From positions 1 to 33,672 of the IMG/VR virus record IMGVR_UViG_3300017548_000007: a stretch of 33,672 nucleotides of DNA; one strand, 5' to 3'. The notes under the pieces are model-generated. The model saw only the letters and a program-made list of their open reading frames with translations, made no database searches and was not told where the DNA came from. Origin of the DNA: a virus (Duplodnaviria; Caudoviricetes). Below, piece by piece: positions 17,752 to 26,617 of the stretch (within the stretch, counting starts at the first letter, position 1; each line of letters begins with the position of its first letter). Both the position numbers and the translations under genes were made by a program.

Positions 17752-20360
17752 TGGCTGTACCGTACACACCCGACGCCGCCTGTTTCGATGCCGCCAACCA
17801 GGCTTCGGGGGGGAAGCTGACCAAGGAGGAAATCAACGCCGCCTTTCAGCGCGTGGCCGACTACAAGCAGAAGCTACAAGCTGAGGGCAATATCGATGGC
17901 ATGGCAGACAAGCTGCGCAACTTCGCAGAGCGCGAGGCCGAACGTACCCGGATCGCAGCGGCCATGCAGAAGCGCCATGCTGCGCTGAATATCCTTGTCA
18001 GGGACAGGCTAGATCAGGCCATTGATGGATACATGGCTGCTGGCCTTTCGCCCCGGAAGGCGTTGCTGGCGGTTCTGGAAGGCACGCAACGCGGCGTGGA
18101 AGGCGGGCGCAATTCTGTCGCAGCGCTGAACCTAGCCTATGAAGCGCGCTATCTTGGCGGGCTGTTCGCTGAGTTGCAGGCCAACCGTCCGCATCTGGTG
18201 GACGCGCTCCGCGATCCGAAGATGGACGCAGACGTGATGCGGGAAATGTCCGAGCTGCGCGAAGGCGGACGGCCCGGTATCACCGGCAACAAGGATGCGG
18301 AATACGTCGCCAAGGTCTTCGCCTCATATGCCGAAATGAGCCGCACTGATCTGAACAAGCTTGGCGCTTCCATCGGGAAGCTGGATGGCTGGTCCGGTGC
18401 GCAGACCCATGACGATATCAAGATGATCGCAGCCGGCAAGGATGCGTGGGTCGAAGCTGTATTCCCGCGCCTCGATATTGATCGCACGTTCCCCGACGCT
18501 ACAAGTCGTGACGAGGTGATCGGCATTCTTGGCGATGTCTATGACACGATTATCACTGGAATGCCGAACAAGGCTACGCCTCGGGAAATAGGCCAGCGCG
18601 TCAACCCCGCCAATCTGGCGAAGTCGCTGGGCAAGTCGCGTGTACTGCATTTCAAGGATGCGGATGCAGCGCTCGCCTATCGCGATGAGTTCGGCATGGG
18701 TAATACCGTGTCCGGGATGGTCTCGCACCTGCGCAATGCGGCGCGCACCGCAGCTAACATGGAGGCGCTCGGGCCAAACCCGGAATTGATGTTCGGCTCG
18801 CTGGTGGACGGTCTGAAGCGAAAGATCAAGGATAATCCCAAGCTTTCCGGGAAAGAAAAGCAGAAGCTACGGAAGGGGCTGGACGCGGATGCCGGCTCAT
18901 TGCGTCAGGCGCTCGACGTATCGACCGGGATGGTTTCTCGTCCCGTTAATGTGACCGCAGCGAAGATCGGAAGCGACATTCGGGCCGCGCAGTCCATGGC
19001 GAAACTTGGCGGCGCGGTGCTGTCGTCCATCTCGGACACGATCACTCCTGCGGTTGCGTCCATGTTCCGTGGCGGCGGTTTCTTCCGTGGGCTCACGGCT
19101 CAACTTGACGGGCTTCGGAAAGGAAGGCCGAAGGGGGAGGTGGCAGAAATCACCTACCTGACTGGCGAGGGCTTTGACGGGCTGATCGGCCATATTGTAG
19201 CCCCAGCCGCTGCGGTGGATGGTCCAGTCGGAAAGCTTGCAAAGCTTCAAGAGCACTTCTTTCGCTGGAATGGCCTGACGTGGTGGACCGACGTGCAGCG
19301 AGGCACGGCAGGGCGCGTGATCGCAGCCGAAATGGGGATGCGCGCCAAGACCGCATTCAACGATCTGCCGGCGAACTATCGGCATGTCCTTGGCCTCCAC
19401 AGCATTGATGAAAAGCGCTGGGACGCCATTCGCAAGGCAGAACTGCGAGAGGCAAACGGGCAGTCATATGTGACCCCGGATCGCATTCGTCAGCTTTCGG
19501 ATGCCGATATCGAGCCGCTGGTGGCTGACCGCCTCCGCGCAGCCCGCACAGCATCGAAGTTGGATGATGCCAAATCGTCTGAGGCAAAAGCCAAGCGTCA
19601 GGCTGACTTTGACGAGCGGCGCGCATCGATCCTTGATGACGGCCGGCGCGAACTGGAGCTGTCGGTCCTGCGCTTTTTCGCGGACGAAACCGCCTATGGT
19701 GTGGTCGAGGTGGATAACGCCACCCGGCGCATCATGACGCAGGGTTGGCGACCGGGAACTGCGGGAGGCGAGGCAATCCGCTTCATCGCCCAGTTCAAGG
19801 GCTTCCCGTTCGCGTTCACGAACCGCGTCGTAGGGCGCGCGCTGTTCGGTCATCGCAAAGACGCAAGCTATCTGGAGCGGGCAGGGCACATCGGCACGCT
19901 CATCGCCGGCATGACCATGGCTGGCTACATGAGCATGACCATGAAGGACATGATGCGAGGCTATTGGCCTCCGCGTGATCCTTCGGACATCAAGACGTGG
20001 CAGGCTGCGCTTTTGCAGGGCGGTGCGTTCGGCATCTATGGCGACTTCCTGTTCGCGCAGACCAACCGTTTCGGCGGCGGACTGACGGAAACATTGATCG
20101 GCCCATCCATCGGCGCTCAAGCCGATCTTCTCGAACTCGCAATGAAGGCAAGGGATGGCGATGCGAGCGCGGCTGATGCGCTTTCTTGGGGCCTGCAAAA
20201 CACCCCATTCATCAACCTGTTCTATGTGCGGCCCGCGCTGGATTTCCTGTTCTTGAACTCCATGCGAGAAGCGGCCTCACCCGGCTACCTGCGCAGGCAA
20301 GAGACGCGCCGCCGTCAGGAATATGGACAGCAGAGTGTCGTGCCTAGCACGCTGAACTGA
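17751..20360 (+). CDS. Large internal virion/ejection protein (T7 gp16-like position)
   Basis: TGATG coupling; about 869 aa, helical; SRVLHFKDA, QFKGFP and GGAFGIYGDFL motifs typical of this podovirus group. Confidence 0.85.
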   Translation: MAVPYTPDAACFDAANQASGGKLTKEEINAAFQRVADYKQKLQAEGNIDGMADKLRNFAEREAERTRIAAAMQKRHAALNILVRDRLDQAIDGYMAAGLSPRKALLAVLEGTQRGVEGGRNSVAALNLAYEARYLGGLFAELQANRPHLVDALRDPKMDADVMREMSELREGGRPGITGNKDAEYVAKVFASYAEMSRTDLNKLGASIGKLDGWSGAQTHDDIKMIAAGKDAWVEAVFPRLDIDRTFPDATSRDEVIGILGDVYDTIITGMPNKATPREIGQRVNPANLAKSLGKSRVLHFKDADAALAYRDEFGMGNTVSGMVSHLRNAARTAANMEALGPNPELMFGSLVDGLKRKIKDNPKLSGKEKQKLRKGLDADAGSLRQALDVSTGMVSRPVNVTAAKIGSDIRAAQSMAKLGGAVLSSISDTITPAVASMFRGGGFFRGLTAQLDGLRKGRPKGEVAEITYLTGEGFDGLIGHIVAPAAAVDGPVGKLAKLQEHFFRWNGLTWWTDVQRGTAGRVIAAEMGMRAKTAFNDLPANYRHVLGLHSIDEKRWDAIRKAELREANGQSYVTPDRIRQLSDADIEPLVADRLRAARTASKLDDAKSSEAKAKRQADFDERRASILDDGRRELELSVLRFFADETAYGVVEVDNATRRIMTQGWRPGTAGGEAIRFIAQFKGFPFAFTNRVVGRALFGHRKDASYLERAGHIGTLIAGMTMAGYMSMTMKDMMRGYWPPRDPSDIKTWQAALLQGGAFGIYGDFLFAQTNRFGGGLTETLIGPSIGAQADLLELAMKARDGDASAADALSWGLQNTPFINLFYVRPALDFLFLNSMREAASPGYLRRQETRRRQEYGQQSVVPSTLN

Positions 20361-20499
20361 GGAAGATGCCGACATAGGCGACGATCCACGCGAACCCGTA
20401 CAGGAGCGGGGAGAAGTCAGCCACACCTAGTTTGAGGCCGGCATAGCCGACAAGGCCCCAAGCAACGCTGACGAGAAAGACGGTGATGGGCCCAGCCAT
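20344..20499 (-). CDS. Unannotated 51-aa two-helix membrane peptide (MAGPITVFLVSVAWGLVGYAGLKLGVADFSPLLYGFAWIVAYVGIFLSSAC)
   Basis: Read directly from the reverse strand; below the ORF-track cut-off; two hydrophobic segments; no strong RBS at normal spacing. Confidence 0.5.
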   Translation of the reverse strand: MAGPITVFLVSVAWGLVGYAGLKLGVADFSPLLYGFAWIVAYVGIFLSSAC

Positions 20500-20534
20500 T
20501 GCCGCGCAATGAACACCAATTCCTCACCCACCAC

Positions 20535-20560
20535 AAGGCTCGCTTCGGCGGGCCTTTTCC
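20535..20560 (+). terminator. Rho-independent terminator
   Basis: AAGGCTCGC-TTCG-GCGGGCCTT-TT (cUUCGg loop). Confidence 0.75.
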
Positions 20561-20607
20561 ATGAGGCGAAGCGATGAACCCGAACGACCTGACTGACCGA
20601 CAGAAGG

Positions 20608-20796
20608 CTAGGCTAGAGGCGATAACGCGTGAGCGATACGGTCCCGGAGTCGTTCTAGTGTGGCCCGGTCAAGAACTATCTCAATGCCCGGTTCGCCGGC
20701 TGGCTCAAAGGATACAGAATATGTTCCTTCCCCCAGATCGTCGGCGAATACATCTAATACCTCGATGATGCGGCGATAGCCGATCCTGTCTGACAT
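20608..20796 (-). CDS. Hypothetical moron protein (62 aa, MSDRIGYRRII...)
   Basis: Strong RBS GGGAGGGG before ATG; lies between two + strand terminators. Confidence 0.6.
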   Translation of the reverse strand: MSDRIGYRRIIEVLDVFADDLGEGTYSVSFEPAGEPGIEIVLDRATLERLRDRIAHALSPLA

Positions 20797-20849
20797 TTGA
20801 TCCCCTCCCAAAGGCGAGGGCAGTCAAGCACCACTCCCGACAACTGTTC

Positions 20850-20878
20850 AAGCCCTGCTCGCGCGGGGCTTTTTCTTT
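20850..20878 (+). terminator. Rho-independent terminator upstream of tailspike 1
   Basis: AAGCCCTGC-TCGC-GCGGGGCTT-TTTCTTT. Confidence 0.8.
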
Positions 20879-20890
20879 GGGGCCTACCGA

Positions 20891-22876
20891 ATGACCAGCA
20901 TTGCAATCGACCGCCTAGACGGCCTCTCCAGCGCGACCGCGATCAAGGGGCCGTGCCGTGTCGCCACGACAGAGGACATTGCCCTCTACGGCTTGCAGGT
21001 CGTGGATGGTGTGCAACTCGTCAAAGGTGACCGCGTGCTGGTCAAGGACCAGGACAATCCGAAGCTGAATGGCATCTGGGCAGCCGACACGGGGTCATGG
21101 AAGCGGACGAAGGACTTTTCCCGCAATGACGATGTGCGACGCGGGACCATCGTCAATGTGACGGACGGAACGACCAACCAGTTCACCACATGGTACGTGG
21201 TTTCCGAGAACCCCATCATCATCGATACGACGGACATCCTGTTCTCGCAGAGCCCGCTTTTCCTGCGAACCACGATCACTCCATTCAGCGCCACGATCCA
21301 GCAGGGATCCAGCGACACAATTGACCTCGGGGCGGAAGACATCATCGACAATGGCGTCATCCTGTTTCTGGATGGCATTGGTCAGGAACCCATCTACACC
21401 GTCACCAATGGCGTTATCACGCCTGTTGGAACATGGCCTGATTTCGACGGCGGGACCATCCGAGCGTTCGGCTGGTACTTCAATCTCGGGGCGCTTTCCG
21501 GCTCTGTGCCAAATGGTGTCATTGATCGCCTCAAGCTGCGGGTGAACTTCCGCAAGTCCGTCTCTCTGGCACCGCAGGAATATGGCGCGGTAGGTGACGG
21601 CGGCGACGATACCGATTCACTGGTGGAATGGGCCGCTGCCTGCCAGGACGAGGGCCTGACGCCAACGCTCCCGCCCGGCGAATACACCTGCGGCTCGGTG
21701 CTCGACTTCTCTGATAAGGGCGGGCTGATCCGTGGCGCGGGCGAGGGCAAGACAATCCTGCGCTTCACCAACGCGCTCTCGGGAGGCCTCAAATGCCATC
21801 CGACTGCCGACAGCGGCGAAGGGCTCGGTATCTTCTCGGTGGAGCATCTGACACTCAGGTCCGCGCCCGGCGTGGTCGTGCCCATCGCGATTGATTTCGT
21901 GCTTCCGAACAATGGCCGCTGGACGAACAACTATCGTGGCGGCTTCCGCAATCTTGAAATCCTTGGGGAGGGGACAGGCACCGGGGCGGGCTATTTCGCC
22001 ACCGGTATCAAGGAGCGAAACGTCGCCTTCTCGGAAAAGCGCAAGGTGAAATATTGGGGTAGCGCGGAGAATCCGACGCTTCTCTCTGGCTACTATGCCG
22101 GCACCGCGTTCGACTTCGATACGCAGGTCATTGCCGACGATCCGCTACAGGGCCTAGCACTGGAAAACCAGTGGTACGGCTGCACGGCCAATTTCTGCGA
22201 TACTGCGGTGAAAATCCGGGGCTATCCGGAAGGAATGTACTTCCACGGCAACAACTTCGCATTCGTCCGCAAGGGCATCGATGCGCAGGCGCAGTCCGGT
22301 TCTCGTCAGCCCCTCATCAATGTCATGGGCAACCACATCAACGCGACGGAAGCGTGCATTCTTCTCGACAGGTTCAACCAGTCACAGGTGATAGGCAATC
22401 ATCTGGCGCGACCGGGCGGCACATGGGCCTATGTCTGGGTCGGCGTTGATCTGGATGACAGCCTTGGCACCGCAGTGATCGGCAACCAGTTGCTTGCGGA
22501 AGCGACGCTGGCAGCCTCTGGCAATCAATACGGCGTGCGCCTGACCGGCGATAGCTGGTTCACGGCAATCGACATGAACCATTTCGCCGGGGCTTTGGAT
22601 AATACCGGCACCTACAAGACCATGACCGCTGGCATGCTGATCGAGAGCGGGGTGCAGGGCACCAAGATCGGCAGCATGAACCAGTATACCGGCTACATCG
22701 ATGCGTCCTTCGCTGACAATTCCGGCAATACGACCAACCTTGTCCCCGGCATTTCGGTGCAATTGGACGGCGTGCAGCAGGGCGTGATCGACAAGGTGAA
22801 GACCCTGAACTTCTCCGACGACTTCACGGTGTCAGTGTCAGGCGGTGTCGCCACTATCGGCCTCGCCACGCCGTAA
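20891..22876 (+). CDS. Tailspike/tail fibre 1 with beta-helix (pectate-lyase-3-like) depolymerase domain
   Basis: N-terminal anchor CRVATT..I.L.GLQ.VDGV.L..GDRVLVKDQ....NGIW; YGAVGDG.DDT beta-helix start; repeated V.GN/I.GN strands. Confidence 0.88.
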   Translation: MTSIAIDRLDGLSSATAIKGPCRVATTEDIALYGLQVVDGVQLVKGDRVLVKDQDNPKLNGIWAADTGSWKRTKDFSRNDDVRRGTIVNVTDGTTNQFTTWYVVSENPIIIDTTDILFSQSPLFLRTTITPFSATIQQGSSDTIDLGAEDIIDNGVILFLDGIGQEPIYTVTNGVITPVGTWPDFDGGTIRAFGWYFNLGALSGSVPNGVIDRLKLRVNFRKSVSLAPQEYGAVGDGGDDTDSLVEWAAACQDEGLTPTLPPGEYTCGSVLDFSDKGGLIRGAGEGKTILRFTNALSGGLKCHPTADSGEGLGIFSVEHLTLRSAPGVVVPIAIDFVLPNNGRWTNNYRGGFRNLEILGEGTGTGAGYFATGIKERNVAFSEKRKVKYWGSAENPTLLSGYYAGTAFDFDTQVIADDPLQGLALENQWYGCTANFCDTAVKIRGYPEGMYFHGNNFAFVRKGIDAQAQSGSRQPLINVMGNHINATEACILLDRFNQSQVIGNHLARPGGTWAYVWVGVDLDDSLGTAVIGNQLLAEATLAASGNQYGVRLTGDSWFTAIDMNHFAGALDNTGTYKTMTAGMLIESGVQGTKIGSMNQYTGYIDASFADNSGNTTNLVPGISVQLDGVQQGVIDKVKTLNFSDDFTVSVSGGVATIGLATP

Positions 22877-22901
22877 CAGCTTCTCAAATCCCCGCATGAC
22901 C

Positions 22902-22925
22902 GCCGCCCTCTGAGGCGGCTTTTTC
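22902..22925 (+). terminator. Rho-independent terminator between the tailspike genes
   Basis: GCCGCC-CTCTGA-GGCGGC-TTTTT. Confidence 0.8.
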
Positions 22926-22942
22926 GTATCTAGGAGCCAGCC

Positions 22943-24619
22943 ATGGTCGCAACCCGTGCCACCGTGCCCGTCGTCCATCCGAACGTCCTGAACGCTGATT
23001 ATCACAGCGACGGCATCACCAATAAGGTGATGACGGCAGAGGAACGCATCAAGCTCTCCGGTATCGAGGAAGGCGCGGACGTTACCGACTCCACCAACGT
23101 AGACGCTGCCGGCGCGGTGATGAACACCGACACGACTACCACGGAAATGGCATTTGTCGGCACCGGCTCCGACCTCTCGCAAGACGGCGGCAAGCTGGCA
23201 AAGCGGGAGGATGTGGCGAATTATGTTGCGGTTACGCCACCGCCAGATGGGGCGGTAACAGACGCTAAGGTTGCGCTCGGCTCAAAGCTCTACAATCGCA
23301 TCACCGGTCCGATCGACCCTCGCGACGTTGGCGTCAAGTTCGATGCGGCCACGGACGATACGGAGGCTTGGGACGATCTCTTTGCCTATCTTCGAACGTC
23401 TGTATCGCGCCGTTGCGTAGTAATGCCCCAGGGGCGGTCGATCTACAATGGCGCTGGCATGAGTATGACCGGCTATCTGTGGGACATCCATGGGCAGGGG
23501 CACTCAACCGAACTTTACCGGACGACAGACGGGCCGTTCTTCATCTTCGATATCCGAACTCAAGCAGGAGGGGAGAGCTCGATAGGCGGCTTCCGCCAGC
23601 TCTCCAATCTCGCTTCCGGCTCCCGGCCGAACACCTATGGCATCAAGATCGTAAGCGAAGAGTCTTCGTTCTTCTGCAACAATGTCCGGTTCGAAAAAAT
23701 GAACTGGTCGGGCCTGCGCGCTGGTATCTGGTTTGATAAAACAGCCGGTGATGCTTGGGGCGAAGTTCCAAATCAGATTGGTCGTTATCACGCTCATTCC
23801 ATCATAGATAATAACGCCGATGGTACATCGCCTGGAGGGCGATGCGACTTTGGAGTTGTCTTCTCCAGTGGGACTGGAGACGCTACCTGCTTCGTGAATA
23901 ATGTTCTTGCTACGGCCGATACTGCCGTGAAGCTGGGGGACGGGGTGCAATCGGTCGGCGATATAACATTCGTCGGCAATCATTTCTTCGGTGCTCTAAT
24001 CGGACTTGATGTTCTCGGCCCGACTGATCCTACATTCTACAAACGCAATCTCTGTGTGGTAGGAGGGCAGTTTGATGGGAATAGCGTCTACCCGTGGCGT
24101 GTGAGGAATATGAACCAATGGCAGATACTTCCAAATAACTCGCTACAGGGGGTTTCTCCGTCATTCTCCAACTGTTCGAACTACATATTCTATGATGCCT
24201 TCGGTAGAGAAGTTTACGACACTAGAACGATGTCGGGTAATCTCATAGTCGATGATGTTTCGGGCGTCCGCTATGTTAACACGTTGGCTGCTCGCAAGTC
24301 AGACAACGAAAGCTTCCTTGCCATCAGTGGAGGCAATTCGATATCAGCCGGTGCGAGGATCAACCTGTACGGAGGAGCTCATCCTACAACTTCCCTGCGA
24401 AATCGAACCTTCATCGACAATGACCGGCTTGATGTCCGGTCACAAAATGGCGCCACGACGATATTCGCTGCCAATGCAGCCGGTAATCAACTCGGGTTCT
24501 ATGGGGCTACACCGACTTCGAAGCCCACAGTGTCCGGCGCAAAAGGTGGGAATGCGGCACTCGGCTCTCTGCTGACGGCCTTGGCGAACCTTGGCCTGAT
24601 CGCAGACAGCTCAACATAG
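22943..24619 (+). CDS. Tailspike/fibre 2 with beta-helix domain
   Basis: AGGAG RBS; MTAEERIKLSGIE fibre motif; DVGVKFD..TDDT.A beta-helix start; C-terminal GFYGATP..KPTVSGAKGGNAALGSLLTALANLGLI.DS motif. Confidence 0.85.
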   Translation: MVATRATVPVVHPNVLNADYHSDGITNKVMTAEERIKLSGIEEGADVTDSTNVDAAGAVMNTDTTTTEMAFVGTGSDLSQDGGKLAKREDVANYVAVTPPPDGAVTDAKVALGSKLYNRITGPIDPRDVGVKFDAATDDTEAWDDLFAYLRTSVSRRCVVMPQGRSIYNGAGMSMTGYLWDIHGQGHSTELYRTTDGPFFIFDIRTQAGGESSIGGFRQLSNLASGSRPNTYGIKIVSEESSFFCNNVRFEKMNWSGLRAGIWFDKTAGDAWGEVPNQIGRYHAHSIIDNNADGTSPGGRCDFGVVFSSGTGDATCFVNNVLATADTAVKLGDGVQSVGDITFVGNHFFGALIGLDVLGPTDPTFYKRNLCVVGGQFDGNSVYPWRVRNMNQWQILPNNSLQGVSPSFSNCSNYIFYDAFGREVYDTRTMSGNLIVDDVSGVRYVNTLAARKSDNESFLAISGGNSISAGARINLYGGAHPTTSLRNRTFIDNDRLDVRSQNGATTIFAANAAGNQLGFYGATPTSKPTVSGAKGGNAALGSLLTALANLGLIADSST

Positions 24620-24623
24620 TCGT

Positions 24624-26198
24624 CTATTGGCAGGTCTGTTTTACATACAGCTGAGCCACGCTGCCCAACGAAATCGGCAGATCGAACTTGCGCCATTGAG
24701 GCTTGGAAAGCGCAACCCGAGCATCCTCAGCAAAACTCATTGAAGGTATCTTGTACGGGGCGTTTCGTACGTGCATCTCTGATGGGATCAGAACGAAATC
24801 CGCCTTCTGCAGACTGTCGAGGACATAATCCCGATCGCGGGAAAAATATGGAGTCCTAACCTCCATATACAGCGACAAGTTTATACCGGCTGAGAGGGCG
24901 ACGGTAGCGGCGGGTATGGGGAAGGCAGCGATCGATGCAACGACAAGGTTGCGTACAGGGCAATTTTCACTGCGTCGCTCAACAGTGCGAGCCCGAATAA
25001 TGGCGAGAACAGATGACTCGACTTCCTGGAGGCCATCTTTGGGCGCGCGATACGCAGAGGACGCCGCCGGCATGAACGCGAATGTTCCCGATAAAGCAAA
25101 AATAGCTGTCGCCACCCTTAGGCGATAGCTAAGATGGGAAAGAAGACGTACAATCGCCGCGTATCCGGCAATCGCGAACGGGAAGTAGAAAAAGCATCCC
25201 TGATAGACTGTTTTGCTTGGGTTTGTTGCCATTCCGAAATAGAGTATGATCAGTATCAATGCATACGATAGAGATTCCCAAACTTGTTTGCGGATGAATA
25301 TAGACCGCGCCATATCTATGATTATTAAAACTAACAAAATCCAAAAAAAAGGCCCCAACATGGTTTTCCCGCCTGAGCCGAAGGAGTGGTAGGACCAGTG
25401 GAAATGCGCATCCCCTGGAAGTCGCCATATTTCAGCGTTAGTCACTAGCGCTGCATATATATATGCAATAGTTTGATTTCCAAAAACTGCAAGGAATACG
25501 GCAAAGGTAATAAACGTTCCAGCTACGATGAATCCCCAAGTTTTAATGGCCGCGCCGACTCCATTATCCGCCGCCGTCCTAGTGATACCGATCATCACCG
25601 CGAAACCGATGATCGGTACACAGAGAACCATGGAACTCGGCTTAGACGTTGCAGCGAAAGCCAGGAAAATGCCTATTCCTGCTAAGACTGATCGCTTGTG
25701 CATCTCCGGTCTCACGGAAATTGCGACGTAAATAGCTATGCCGAACAACACTCCTGCAATCATGTCTGGTCTGAGCTCATTGATGAGAACATGGGACGCA
25801 GGCAGAAAGAGGGCAGTCGAGGCAATAAGGAGGCGCGGCAACAATGAAAGTGATTGGGCTAGCCAGAACATAAATGCAGCGTAAACCGCGAACCCCGTGA
25901 TGTTAGCAATGTAGGGGGAGATGACGCGAGGCCCTGCTAACGCATAGCCAAACATTGCGGTGAGTGTTGTCAATGGAGCGTGCGGAGGATCCCGGAGGAA
26001 AGACCACGCAATGTCAAGCAATGATCGGTCTGTGCGGAAATAGTATCTCTGGAACGCGTCATAGAGGTAGCCAACATCGTCATAGGTCGCTGGTGCGGAA
26101 AGGCGACCATGCCAAATACTGATGCCGATATTGGCGGCGAATATCGCAATGGTTAGCGCCGAAAAGATCAAGAGGTGGACGACGGAGGTGATCTTCAT
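24624..26198 (-). CDS. gtrC: GT-C superfamily polytopic glycosyltransferase (GtrC/ArnT-PMT-like)
   Basis: About 11-12 hydrophobic segments; TYDDVGY acidic motif in first periplasmic loop; PPHAP, LRPD and SKP motifs; C-terminal soluble domain; ATGA-coupled to gtrA. Confidence 0.8.
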   Translation of the reverse strand: MKITSVVHLLIFSALTIAIFAANIGISIWHGRLSAPATYDDVGYLYDAFQRYYFRTDRSLLDIAWSFLRDPPHAPLTTLTAMFGYALAGPRVISPYIANITGFAVYAAFMFWLAQSLSLLPRLLIASTALFLPASHVLINELRPDMIAGVLFGIAIYVAISVRPEMHKRSVLAGIGIFLAFAATSKPSSMVLCVPIIGFAVMIGITRTAADNGVGAAIKTWGFIVAGTFITFAVFLAVFGNQTIAYIYAALVTNAEIWRLPGDAHFHWSYHSFGSGGKTMLGPFFWILLVLIIIDMARSIFIRKQVWESLSYALILIILYFGMATNPSKTVYQGCFFYFPFAIAGYAAIVRLLSHLSYRLRVATAIFALSGTFAFMPAASSAYRAPKDGLQEVESSVLAIIRARTVERRSENCPVRNLVVASIAAFPIPAATVALSAGINLSLYMEVRTPYFSRDRDYVLDSLQKADFVLIPSEMHVRNAPYKIPSMSFAEDARVALSKPQWRKFDLPISLGSVAQLYVKQTCQ

Positions 26199-26602
26199 CG
26201 TAGCTCCGATGGTTTACTTTCGACGAAAATGAACCACTTGCCAAGTGCGAAGCTGGCAGTCGCATAGACGCCCACTGCTGCAATCTGAGATGGGGTTGCG
26301 CCAACGCCGAGCCAAAGAAGGGCAGTCAGCGTCGCCAAATTAAGCAAGTAGGATACCGCGACTGAGATCAAGTAGCGCGGTGCGCGTTCTGCGGCGTTCC
26401 CTCGGTGTCGGAAAGTCCATGTTCGATGAAGATGGTAACTCACTGTCAGTCCAACGAGATATCCGCTCAAGTTGGACAGGGCAGAGTTTAGTCCAACACC
26501 ATTCTGAAGAGCAAGTATAACTGCTAGCCCTATTGCCGTGTTCAAGACCCCAACCGCACCAAACCGGAAAACCTGCCCCATGATTCTCATCGTTGAACGC
26601 AT
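26195..26602 (-). CDS. gtrA: GtrA-family lipid-linked sugar flippase
   Basis: RFGAVGVLNT, SY.LHR.WTF and F.LGKWFIF motifs; 4 TM segments. Confidence 0.9.
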   Translation of the reverse strand: MRSTMRIMGQVFRFGAVGVLNTAIGLAVILALQNGVGLNSALSNLSGYLVGLTVSYHLHRTWTFRHRGNAAERAPRYLISVAVSYLLNLATLTALLWLGVGATPSQIAAVGVYATASFALGKWFIFVESKPSELR

Positions 26603-26617
26603 CTAGTGCTGGTCCTT

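Noticed and set aside
20574-20768. + strand 64-aa ORF (MNPNDLTD...)
   Set aside because: Overlaps antisense the 20608-20796 ORF, which has a much stronger RBS; it has a GAGG and cannot be fully excluded
20846-20860. Near-LexA box GTTC-N7-GCTC
   Set aside because: One mismatch and it lies within a terminator stem; likely chance
20891-24619. Diversity-generating retroelement, expected by analogy with BPP-1
   Set aside because: No reverse transcriptase ORF and no TR/VR repeat pair noticed; the receptor-binding proteins are beta-helix spikes, not Mtd-like
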